DNA of 64,000 nt, taken from NCBI GenBank assembly GCA_963732695.1, contig CAVTAP010000013.1:265611-329610 (forward strand). Reading direction: 5' to 3'. The DNA is from an uncultured Actinomycetota bacterium (GTDB lineage Bacteria; Actinomycetota; Acidimicrobiia; Acidimicrobiales; SZUA-35). The translations under genes and the position numbers were made by a program. The notes beneath the pieces are model-generated. The model was not told the DNA's origin. It did not search any database and was given only the letters and a program-made list of their open reading frames with translations. Of this stretch, positions 18,460-26,537 are shown one piece after another. Numbering within the stretch: the stretch's first letter is position 1; each line of letters begins with the position of its first letter.

Positions 18460-18474
18460 GAACCCGAAGGGTTC
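18460..18474 (-). terminator. GC hairpin with UUC loop 2 nt after the kinase stop codon (gaaccc-uuc-ggguuc on the minus strand)
   Basis: The same 15-mer occurs on the plus strand at 24775-24789. Lies between the convergent stops at 18445 and 18477. Confidence 0.5.
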
Positions 18475-18476
18475 GG

Positions 18477-20684
18477 CTACGGGCTGGTGAAGCTCACGGC
18501 GCTGACCATGCAGTGGTCGGCCGGTTTCGAGGCCACGTCGATGTTGGAATAGAAGTCGCCGGTCTTGTCCTGGACCGTGCCGGCCGGCGGGATGTTGTAG
18601 ACCGTGCGCTCGAACGACTGGTCGATGATGGCGCCGTCGGCGTCGACCACCGAGAACGTCACGTCGGCGTCCATGGCGGTGGTGCCGGGGTTGGTGACGG
18701 TGAACGTGATGTCGTAGTAGTCGCCGAAGAACGTGTCGAGCTCGCAGGACTTGATCGTCACGTTGGCCGCGTTCGACGCCACCGCGGTGGCCATGGGGGA
18801 GGCGGTGAGCGACTCGATCTCGCACCGCACCGCCGTCTCCTCCGTGCCGGCCACGTTGAGCCAGGCTCCCTGGCCGGGGCCGACGCCCATCACCGAGTCG
18901 TAGGACTCACCCACCCGGACCCCGTTGGCGTCGAACTGGTAGGAGTGGATGTCGTAGTTGACGGGGGTGCCGGCGCTGTTCACCACCTGGATCAGGGTCG
19001 GCTTGGCCCCGCTGGCGTCGCAGGCCGGCCCCGCCAGGTGGGACCGGGCGTCGATGCTGCTGCCGCCGGGGGCGGTGGTGGCGTTGGGATCGATGGCCAC
19101 GCCGGGCCCGATGGTGACACCGTTGCCGATCTGGACGTCGGGGATGCTCACCTCGGGTGTGCTCACGCCCGGGATGGTCGCCACCACGCCGTTGTCGTCC
19201 GGCTGCACCGTGCTGTCGGTCACCGTGCTGTTGCCCGACTCGTCGCCCCCGCTGGTGAGGGCCCACAGGCCGGCCGCCATGGCGGCCACCAGCACCAGGC
19301 CGGCCAACGAGCCGGCCAGCATCACCGCCGTGCGGGGGCGGGGGGCGGGGGCCGGGCCCGGGCCGTCGACGGGGCCGCCCCCCGGCGGCCCCCACGGCCC
19401 GGAGGGCGGGTTGCCGCCGGGGCTGGCCGGCTGCCCGTAGGGCCAGTTCGCCTGGTTGGGAGCGGCCGGGTTGGGAGCGGCCGGTGCCGCGCCGGGAGGG
19501 GCGGCTCCGTAGGGTCCGCCGGGGCCCGAGGGGGTGGGGACGGGATAGCCGTAGGGCGTGGCCAGTGGCTGCCCGCTGTGCAGCGTGGGGCCCGACGGCG
19601 TTGGTGGCGGGCCGTAGGGCGACGCCGGCGCCGGACCCGAGATCACCGTGGGCGCAGAGGGGCCCGAGAGCGCCGAGGGCCCTGAGGGCGGCCCCCATGC
19701 CGCGGCCAGCGGTTGCCCGGAGTGGCTGGTCGGGCCCGAAGCCGGGGGTGGGTAGGGGAGGGGCCCGGGGGTCACCTGGGTGGCGGCCGCCGGGGCCGAG
19801 CGGGCCGGCACCTCGCCCCGCTTGGCCGCCGCCACCATGTCGACCAGCTCGGCCGCCGTGGGTCGCAGCGTCGGGTCGGGGTGGGTGCACCGGCTCACGA
19901 TCCCGTGGAGGGCGGGATGGAGGGCGGGGTCGATGGCGGGGGGCTGGGTGGCCACGTTGTGGACCAGGATCGGGCCGGCCCCGGTGTGGAGGTGGCGCCC
20001 GGTGGCGCACACGTGGGCCAGCACACCCATGGCGTAGATGTCCGACGCCGGCGTGGCCGAGATGGCCGAGAACAGCTCGGGGGCCATGAACAGCGGAGTG
20101 CCGATCAGGGTGCCGGCCCGGTGGTAGCTGCCGGTGGCGCTCAGGTCGCGCATCAGGCCGAAGTCGGCCAGCTTCCAGCGGCCGTCGGACCACAGCACGT
20201 TGCCCGGCTTGATGTCGCGGTGGATGAGGCCCTGCTGGTGGAGGTGGGCCAGGCCGGCGGCCACGTCGGCCAGCACCGTCAGCGTCTCGGCCGGGGGTAG
20301 AGATCCGGTGGTGGAGCGGCGCCCGTGGTCCGACAGCGACATGGCGCACCGCTCGGTGACCAGGAACGGGCGGACCTCGTCGTCGAACCGGGTCACGCCG
20401 TCGGCCGGCAGCTGGAGCTGGCCCGAGTCGAGGTAGCCCACCAGGTTGGGATGGCGCAGGGTGGCGATCTTCTTCACCTCGGTGAGGAAGTCGGCCCGCT
20501 CCTGAGGGGTGGTGCCGGGGTGCAGCACCTTCACCGCCGCCTCGCCCAGGGCCACCTCGGACGTGTCGACCGCCAGCAGCACCTGCCCGAACCCGCCCTC
20601 GCCCAGCACGCCGGTGATCTCCCATCGCCGGCCCACGAGCGTGCCCACCGGTATCGACGCCTGCATGCCCTGTCCTCTCCCCAC
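18477..20684 (-). CDS. Hanks-type Ser/Thr protein kinase with Pro-rich linker, one TM helix and an extracellular beta-sandwich (FxLYD-like) region
   Basis: Kinase motifs GEGGFGQV, AVKVL, HRDIKPGN, DFG and APE. Pro-rich repeats (SGPTxHSGQPLA twice). TM segment AVMLAGSLAGLVLVAAMAAGLWAL. Confidence 0.9.
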   Translation of the reverse strand: MGRGQGMQASIPVGTLVGRRWEITGVLGEGGFGQVLLAVDTSEVALGEAAVKVLHPGTTPQERADFLTEVKKIATLRHPNLVGYLDSGQLQLPADGVTRFDDEVRPFLVTERCAMSLSDHGRRSTTGSLPPAETLTVLADVAAGLAHLHQQGLIHRDIKPGNVLWSDGRWKLADFGLMRDLSATGSYHRAGTLIGTPLFMAPELFSAISATPASDIYAMGVLAHVCATGRHLHTGAGPILVHNVATQPPAIDPALHPALHGIVSRCTHPDPTLRPTAAELVDMVAAAKRGEVPARSAPAAATQVTPGPLPYPPPASGPTSHSGQPLAAAWGPPSGPSALSGPSAPTVISGPAPASPYGPPPTPSGPTLHSGQPLATPYGYPVPTPSGPGGPYGAAPPGAAPAAPNPAAPNQANWPYGQPASPGGNPPSGPWGPPGGGPVDGPGPAPAPRPRTAVMLAGSLAGLVLVAAMAAGLWALTSGGDESGNSTVTDSTVQPDDNGVVATIPGVSTPEVSIPDVQIGNGVTIGPGVAIDPNATTAPGGSSIDARSHLAGPACDASGAKPTLIQVVNSAGTPVNYDIHSYQFDANGVRVGESYDSVMGVGPGQGAWLNVAGTEETAVRCEIESLTASPMATAVASNAANVTIKSCELDTFFGDYYDITFTVTNPGTTAMDADVTFSVVDADGAIIDQSFERTVYNIPPAGTVQDKTGDFYSNIDVASKPADHCMVSAVSFTSP

Positions 20685-20700
20685 GAACTGCCCGGAGTCA

Positions 20701-20756
20701 GACTAGGACGTTTCGCCGCAGGCGAAACTCCAGGTCCCCGAAGGGGTCACCTAGGC
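20701..20756 (-). repeat. Double stem-loop repeat, copy 2 (sense orientation on the minus strand)
   Basis: The reverse complement reads ctag-gtgacccc-ttc-ggggac-ctggag-tttcgcc-tgc-ggcgaaa-cgtcc-tag. Differences from copy 1 preserve pairing. Sits 17-26 nt upstream of the kinase start codon. Confidence 0.8.
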
Positions 20757-20862
20757 GGCTGGGGGCATCGGGCATTCCGCGCATCCACGGCGGCGCCGGG
20801 GCCGGAGTGACCCGGTACATGCGGCATGTGCCGATGTGCAATTCGTCAAAGGAGCTACCGCA

Positions 20863-21489
20863 ATGAAGCGTACTCGTACCGCCGCCCTCGTTCTGGCCAC
20901 CGCCCTGGTCGTCGCCGCCTGTGGTGACGACCCCGCATCCCAGACTCTCGGTGGGAGCACGACCGACGGTGGATCGTCGGCTGCCGCCTCGTCGGCCACC
21001 ACCGGAGCCACCGGCTCGTCGGCGTCCACCGCCTCCACCATGGCCTCGGGCAGCACCACGGCCGCCAGCGGCACCATCGTCGACGTGGCCACCGAGGCCG
21101 GCGACTTCACCACTCTGCTGGCTGCGGCCCAGGCCGCCGGCCTGGTGGAGACGCTGAGCGGGCCCGGCCCCCTCACCGTGTTCGCCCCCACCGACGAGGC
21201 GTTCGCCACCGCCCTCCAGACGCTCGGCCTCACCGCCGACGAGCTGCTGGCCGACAAGCCCACCCTCACCTCGATCCTCACCTATCACGTGGTGAAGGGT
21301 GAGGTGCTGAGCACCGACCTGACCGACGGCATGATGGCCCCCACCGTGAACGGGGCCGAGCTGACCATCGACATCAACGGCAGCACGGTGAAGGTCGACG
21401 ACGCCACCGTCACCACCGCCGATGTGATGGCCAGCAACGGCGTTGTCCACATCGTCGACGGCGTGCTGCTGCCCCCCGCCGCCAGCTGA
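20863..21489 (+). CDS. Fasciclin (FAS1) domain lipoprotein
   Basis: aaaggag Shine-Dalgarno sequence before ATG 20863. Signal peptide with lipobox LVVAACG. FAS1 blocks TVFAPTDEAF, LTYHVV and NGVVHIVDGVLLP. Confidence 0.9.
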   Translation: MKRTRTAALVLATALVVAACGDDPASQTLGGSTTDGGSSAAASSATTGATGSSASTASTMASGSTTAASGTIVDVATEAGDFTTLLAAAQAAGLVETLSGPGPLTVFAPTDEAFATALQTLGLTADELLADKPTLTSILTYHVVKGEVLSTDLTDGMMAPTVNGAELTIDINGSTVKVDDATVTTADVMASNGVVHIVDGVLLPPAAS

Positions 21490-21498
21490 TCCGGTGCC

Positions 21499-22959
21499 TC
21501 AGCCCAGGAGGGCTTTTACCTCCTGGGCCACCACCGTGCCCTCGAAGAACGAGGGGTTGGCCTCGGCCCACAGGCGGGCCGGGTTCTCGAAGGTGAAGCG
21601 GCGGAAGTCGTCGTGATCGATGAGCCCGTCGGTGACCAGCTCGTAGGCCTCGGGTAGCACCTCGGCCATGTCGAGCACGTCGAAGTGGCCGATGTCGGAC
21701 CCGAAGATCGCCTTCACCTGGGTGCCGCCCGGGTTCTGGGCCCGGTTGAAGGCCAGGGCGTTGGTGCGGTCGTCGGCCTCGCACCCGAAGTAGAAGTTGT
21801 CGACGAACAGGCGCACGATGTCGCTCACGTCGCCGACGGCGCAGGCCGAGAAGTCGTCGAGGTCGTCGATCCCGCCCACCAGGTCCACCCGGGGCGAGCG
21901 GAGGTGGTCGGCCCGGGCCTCCAGGGCGGCGGCCATGTCGGGGTCGTAGCGCCGGGCGAGATCGACGAGGCCGTCGACGTCGAGGTTGGTGGGCTTGGTG
22001 GCCTCCAACGCCGAGAGGTTCCGCTTCTCCCAGTGGCCCACCAGGTCGGCCAGCAGGGTGCAGGCCCACGCCACCCCACCCTCCAGGAACGCCACCCGGA
22101 GCTGGGGGAACCGGCGGGTGACACCCCCCAGGTAGAGGGCCTTGGCCACCGCCTCGCTGGCGGCGGCGAAGTGGCCGATGTGGTTGTAGACGAAGTTCGA
22201 CGGCGACGTGCGCAGCCCGTACCGCCGGCTGCCGGTGTGGAAGGTGGGGGCGAAGCCCAGCTCCACGCAACGGGCCCACACCGGGTCGTAGTCGTGGGCC
22301 GAGTCCAGCCCCAGCGGGTCGAGCCAGCCGAAGCGGAGGGCCAGCGCCGGGTCGGTGTCGGCCAGCTCGCCCAGGGGGCGGGCCATGAGGCTGCCCAGCA
22401 TGATCGCCTTGAGGCCGAGGGAGGCCACGTGGTCGAGTTCGGCCAGGGCCTCGTCGGGGGTGTGCATGGGGATCACGGCGGCCGGGGTCATACGGTCGCC
22501 GAAGGGGTCGAACAGCTCGGCCGAGTAGGTGTTGAAGGCCCGGCAGGTGGCGGCCCGATCGCCGGCGTCGGCGATGCGGACCGTGCCCAGGCCGGCCGTG
22601 GGGTAGAGGACGGCGAAGTCGATGCCCAGATCGTCGAGCCGCTCGTAGAGCAGGCGGGGCAGCATGGACGTGGCCCGGTCGAGGGTGTTGGCGGTGGGGG
22701 ATCCCCAGAACGCCTCCTGCGACAGGCCCTGGTGCCGGCGCTCGGCCACCCCCATGGCCAGCGACCGCTCCACGGTCGACGAGAACGAGGCGAAGCCCCG
22801 GGCCGCCGCCTCACCCCCGATCCGCTGCATGGCGTCCCGAACCACAGGGCCGTACTCCACCCAATGGCCGTCGGCGTCGATCACCGGATGGCCCAGCTGG
22901 CTCCGCAGCTCGGCCGCCGGTACATGCGCGTGCCCGTTCGATCCGGTCGTGTCTGACAT
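21499..22959 (-). CDS. Amidohydrolase-2 family metal-dependent hydrolase
   Basis: 486 aa. The N-terminus reads VIDADGHWVEY, and later blocks FHTGS and FGSDIGHFD fit ACMSD-like amidohydrolases. Confidence 0.75.
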   Translation of the reverse strand: MSDTTGSNGHAHVPAAELRSQLGHPVIDADGHWVEYGPVVRDAMQRIGGEAAARGFASFSSTVERSLAMGVAERRHQGLSQEAFWGSPTANTLDRATSMLPRLLYERLDDLGIDFAVLYPTAGLGTVRIADAGDRAATCRAFNTYSAELFDPFGDRMTPAAVIPMHTPDEALAELDHVASLGLKAIMLGSLMARPLGELADTDPALALRFGWLDPLGLDSAHDYDPVWARCVELGFAPTFHTGSRRYGLRTSPSNFVYNHIGHFAAASEAVAKALYLGGVTRRFPQLRVAFLEGGVAWACTLLADLVGHWEKRNLSALEATKPTNLDVDGLVDLARRYDPDMAAALEARADHLRSPRVDLVGGIDDLDDFSACAVGDVSDIVRLFVDNFYFGCEADDRTNALAFNRAQNPGGTQVKAIFGSDIGHFDVLDMAEVLPEAYELVTDGLIDHDDFRRFTFENPARLWAEANPSFFEGTVVAQEVKALLG

Positions 22960-23038
22960 CCCGTCTCACCCCCTGCTCGACGTGTCTCCCCGAGCGTAAG
23001 CCCACCCGTCCCGCGTGACGAATCCGCCCCGGGGGCGA

Positions 23039-23719
23039 TCAGCCGGGCTGGCGGCGGGCCCCGGCGCCGGGCCGGGAGCCCCATTGGCCGGCGGTGGTGG
23101 TGAACGTGAACAGCCGTGGGGGCAGCGGGGCGGCCGGGGCCCCCGTCACCCGCTGCAGACCGAGGGCGAAGCCGCCGGGGCCCGACGACACCCAGGCCTC
23201 GGCCGGGCACCCGGCGTCGTGGAACCGCTGGCGGATCCAGGGGGAGACGTCGGGGTGGCGGCGGTGGCGGGTCCACAGCACGGCGGCACCCGGTGAGGTC
23301 AGCGTCGGGACGGCGGCCACGGTGGCGGCGATGTCGTCCGGGGCCACGTTGCCGAAGATCCCGCACAGCAGCAGCACATCGGCCGGGAGGTGGCTGGCGC
23401 ACGAGGCCGGGTCACCGGCGTCGGCGCAACGGACGGCGAGCCCGGGGGCGACGGCGGCCAGGTTGGCCTCCGCTCCGGCTGCCAGGTCGGGGTCGGCCTC
23501 CACCAGCAGGCCGGTCACGTCGCCGGCCCGGGGGTGGTCGGCCAGGGCGCCGGCCAGGTCCCGCCCGTCACCCGAACACAGCGACAGCACCCGGATGGGC
23601 CCGGCCGGGGCGGCGGCGAAGACGTCGGCCAGCATGGCCACCACCGCCTCCAGGCGGCGGCTGTTCATGCTGGCCGGGTCGTCGTAGGCCTGATGCCACC
23701 GCACCCAGTGGCTGGTCAC
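23039..23719 (-). CDS. Class I SAM-dependent methyltransferase-like protein
   Basis: Motif I-like VLSLCSGDGRD and a following acidic loop. Weak family assignment made by eye. Confidence 0.5.
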   Translation of the reverse strand: MTSHWVRWHQAYDDPASMNSRRLEAVVAMLADVFAAAPAGPIRVLSLCSGDGRDLAGALADHPRAGDVTGLLVEADPDLAAGAEANLAAVAPGLAVRCADAGDPASCASHLPADVLLLCGIFGNVAPDDIAATVAAVPTLTSPGAAVLWTRHRRHPDVSPWIRQRFHDAGCPAEAWVSSGPGGFALGLQRVTGAPAAPLPPRLFTFTTTAGQWGSRPGAGARRQPG

Positions 23720-23747
23720 GGCCGGTACCGCTCGGCAGGCTCCGACG

Positions 23748-24032
23748 TCAACACACCTTGTCGACCATGGCCAGGACCATCTCGGTCACCGGGCTCTCGA
23801 AGCCCTCGAAGGCGGCCTTGCGTTCGGGCGACTCGTTGTAGGTGTCTACCGCGGCGTCGAAGTCGCCGGCGTGGCTGACCGACCACACGAACTGGCTGTG
23901 CTCCCGGTCGGCGTAGGCCCAGTCGACGGTGAAGCCGTAGGCCTCCCGGGCCGGGATGATGGTGGGGAACCAGGCGACGAACCGGTCCATCTGGCCGTCG
24001 GCGATCGTGTAGCGGCGGAGCTGGGTGGGCAT
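23748..24032 (-). CDS. NIPSNAP-family / dimeric alpha-beta-barrel protein
   Basis: 94 aa. LRRYTIADGQMDRFVAWF...FVWSVSH...SPERKAAF pattern. Confidence 0.6.
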   Translation of the reverse strand: MPTQLRRYTIADGQMDRFVAWFPTIIPAREAYGFTVDWAYADREHSQFVWSVSHAGDFDAAVDTYNESPERKAAFEGFESPVTEMVLAMVDKVC

Positions 24033-24152
24033 CGGGGTCTCCTGGTGTTTCGGGGGAGCGGACGCTCACGTTCTAGCAAAGACTTGCACCGCCGGCCGGA
24101 GCGGGGAAGGGTCGGTGGCGTGATCCACCTCGATCCCCCGGCCGAGCTGGCC

Positions 24153-24764
24153 ATGCCCCTGGCCGACGCCATGTTCACCCAACGGGCCATCCGCCGGCTC
24201 GACCCCGACCGTCCGATCACCGACGCCGAGATCAAGCTCGTGCTCGATGCCGCCTCCAAGGCCCCCAGCGGGGCCAACACCCAGCCGGCCCGCTTCCTGG
24301 TAATCCGGGATCGGGCCCGCATCGAGGCCTTCGGGCGCCTCTACCACGAGGCGTGGTGGGCCAAGCGGGCCGACGAGCTGGGATGGACGGTGGACCAGGA
24401 GGTCCCGGCCGACTCTCCCTACCGGATGGCGGCGCTGCTGGCGGCCGAGATGCACCAGGCACCGGCGGTGATCCTGGCCTTCGCCCCGGGTCGGCGGCCC
24501 GAGGCCACGGCCAGCTCGGTGTTCCCCGCCTGCCAGAACCTGATGCTGGCGGCCCGGGCCCTCGGCCTGGGGTCGGTGCTCACCACCCTGCACCCGTCGG
24601 TGATGGAGCGGGTGTACACCCTGCTCGGCGTGCCCGACGACGTGAGCTTCCACGCCTGCATCCCCCTCGGCCGGCCCCGGGGCCGGTTCGGCCCCACCCG
24701 CCGCCGCCCCACGGCCGAGACCACCAGCTGGGACACCTGGGGCTCCCCGCCCCCCTGGTCCTGA
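24153..24764 (+). CDS. Nitroreductase family protein
   Basis: MFTQRAIRRLDPDRPITDAEIKLVLDAASKAPSGANTQPARFLVI. The start is ATG 24153 (GTG 24120 also possible). Confidence 0.85.
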   Translation: MPLADAMFTQRAIRRLDPDRPITDAEIKLVLDAASKAPSGANTQPARFLVIRDRARIEAFGRLYHEAWWAKRADELGWTVDQEVPADSPYRMAALLAAEMHQAPAVILAFAPGRRPEATASSVFPACQNLMLAARALGLGSVLTTLHPSVMERVYTLLGVPDDVSFHACIPLGRPRGRFGPTRRRPTAETTSWDTWGSPPPWS

Positions 24765-24773
24765 GAGCGCGGG

Positions 24774-24801
24774 GGAACCCTTCGGGTTCCGTGCTTCGCA
24801 C
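24774..24801 (+). terminator. Two adjacent UUC-loop hairpins 10 nt after the nitroreductase stop
   Basis: ggaaccc-ttc-gggttcc (24774-24790) and gtgc-ttc-gcac (24791-24801), followed by the palindrome cccgggcccggg. Confidence 0.5.
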
Positions 24802-24832
24802 CCGGGCCCGGGGGCCACGTAAGGTGCCGATC

Positions 24833-26029
24833 ATGGGACTCACAGGAGACGCCGCCATCGTCGGTATCGCCGATCATCCGCCGGAGCGCCGCTTCACCGG
24901 CGAGCGCCACACCATGCTGGAGCAGTGGGCCGAGCTGGCCGCCCTGGCCCTGGCCGACGCCGGGCTGTCGAGCCACGACGTCAACGGCCTGGTGTGCGCC
25001 AACCTCCGGGAGTCGGAGATGTTCGTGCCCTCCACCATCGCCGAGTACATGGGCTGGCGGGTCAACTTCGCCGAGCGGGTGGATCTGGGCGGCGCCACCC
25101 CGATCGGGATGGTGTGGCGGGCGGCGGCCGCCATCGAGCTGGGCCTGTGCGACGTGGTGGTGTGCGCCGCCCCGGGCCGGCCCACCCCGTCGCTGCCGCC
25201 CCACATGCCCCGGGCGTGGTCGCCCTTCGGGGCGTCGTCCAACATCATGGGCTCGCCCCAGGCCGAGTTCGACATCCCCTACGGCAACCTGGCCCAGAAC
25301 TGCGGCTACGCCATGATCGCCAACCGCTATGCCGCCGAGCACGGCTACGACCCCCGCTCCACGGCCAAGATCGCCGCCGACCAGCGCTTCAACGCCACCG
25401 CCCACCCCGACGCCATCTTCCGTAACGAACCCATCACGATCGACGACGTGCTGGCCTCCAAGATGGTGGCCGACCCCCTCCACCTACTGGAGATCGTGAT
25501 GCCGGTGGCCGGCGGCTCGGCCGTGGTGGTGACGTCGAAGGAGGTGGCCCGGCGCACGAAGCACCGCCCGGCCTTCATCACCGGCTTCGGCGAGCACCTG
25601 ATGCACAAGACGCCCACCTACTCGCCCGACCTGCTCCACACGCCGATCGGCCCCGCCGCCGACCAGGCCTTCGGCATGGCCGGGATCAAGCGGAGCGACG
25701 TGGACGTGGTGCAGCTCTACGACTGCTACACGATCACCGTGCTGCTCTCGATCGAGGACTCCGGGTTCTGCGGCAAGGGCGAGGGCATGGGCTTCGTGCG
25801 GGATCACGACCTCACGTTCCGGGGCGACTTCCCGGTCAACACCCATGGCGGCCAGCTCAGCTACGGCCAGACCGGCCTGGCCGGCGGGTTCACCCAGGTG
25901 TTGGAAGGGGTCCGTCAGATCCGGGGCCAGGCCGATACAAGACAGGTGGCCGGCTGCGACACGGCCTACTGCTCGGGCACGGGCGGGATCATGAGCGAGC
26001 AGACGGCCCTGCTGCTCCAGGGAGCGTGA
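24833..26029 (+). CDS. Thiolase-like protein (SCP-x/lipid-transfer-type, non-condensing thiolase partner of DUF35)
   Basis: 398 aa from ATG 24833 (MGLTGDAAIVGIADHP...). Thiolase C-terminal blocks NTHGGQLS and GTGG. Coupled to the downstream DUF35 gene. Confidence 0.8.
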   Translation: MGLTGDAAIVGIADHPPERRFTGERHTMLEQWAELAALALADAGLSSHDVNGLVCANLRESEMFVPSTIAEYMGWRVNFAERVDLGGATPIGMVWRAAAAIELGLCDVVVCAAPGRPTPSLPPHMPRAWSPFGASSNIMGSPQAEFDIPYGNLAQNCGYAMIANRYAAEHGYDPRSTAKIAADQRFNATAHPDAIFRNEPITIDDVLASKMVADPLHLLEIVMPVAGGSAVVVTSKEVARRTKHRPAFITGFGEHLMHKTPTYSPDLLHTPIGPAADQAFGMAGIKRSDVDVVQLYDCYTITVLLSIEDSGFCGKGEGMGFVRDHDLTFRGDFPVNTHGGQLSYGQTGLAGGFTQVLEGVRQIRGQADTRQVAGCDTAYCSGTGGIMSEQTALLLQGA

Positions 26030-26472
26030 GCGCCATGACCGACACCGCCCGCACCAACTCCCCGCCGGCTGGCCCGGAGAAGCCCCGGCCCCACCCCATC
26101 GACGTCACCCGCCCCTTCTGGGAGGGCCTGGCCACCGAGCGCCTCCGCCTCCAGCGCTGTGACGACTGCGAGGCCTGGATCTACTACCCCCGGCGGCGCT
26201 GCTCGTCGTGCCTGTCGGACCACCTCACCTGGCACGACACGTCGGGCCGGGGCACGATCTACACCTACACGGTGGCTCGCCAGCCCACCCACCCCGCCTT
26301 CGCCGACGAGGTCCCCCAGCTGCTGGGGGTGGTGGAGCTGGCCGAAGGGCCCCGCCTCACCACCACCTTCGTCGGCCTCGGCCCCGACGACCTGGTGGTC
26401 GGCCTCCCGGTGGAAGCCGTCTACGACCACGGCGACGACGGCATGACCCTGCTGCGATTCCGAGGGGCCTGA
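26026..26472 (+). CDS. Zn-ribbon/OB-fold protein (DUF35 family)
   Basis: CDDCEAWIYYPRRRCSSC rubredoxin-like knuckle followed by an OB-fold. Its start overlaps the thiolase stop. Confidence 0.85.
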   Translation: MSAMTDTARTNSPPAGPEKPRPHPIDVTRPFWEGLATERLRLQRCDDCEAWIYYPRRRCSSCLSDHLTWHDTSGRGTIYTYTVARQPTHPAFADEVPQLLGVVELAEGPRLTTTFVGLGPDDLVVGLPVEAVYDHGDDGMTLLRFRGA

Positions 26473-26480
26473 GCATTCTG

Positions 26481-26517
26481 AGGAGCCTGAGCCGCACTCG
26501 GTGCGGCTCAGGCTCCT
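26481..26517. terminator. Bidirectional terminator candidate
   Basis: 17-bp perfect stem aggagcctgagccgcac / gtgcggctcaggctcct with a 3-nt loop, between convergent genes. Followed on the plus strand by aatttcgg. Confidence 0.8.
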
Positions 26518-26537
26518 AATTTCGGAAAGGCGTCCAG

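Noticed and set aside
20751-21281. Minus-strand ORF ending exactly at the TAG that borders repeat copy 2. If real, copy 2 would also be stop-proximal.
   Set aside because: It is fully antisense to the well-supported fasciclin gene and has an Ala/Arg/Val-rich composition, so it is judged spurious.
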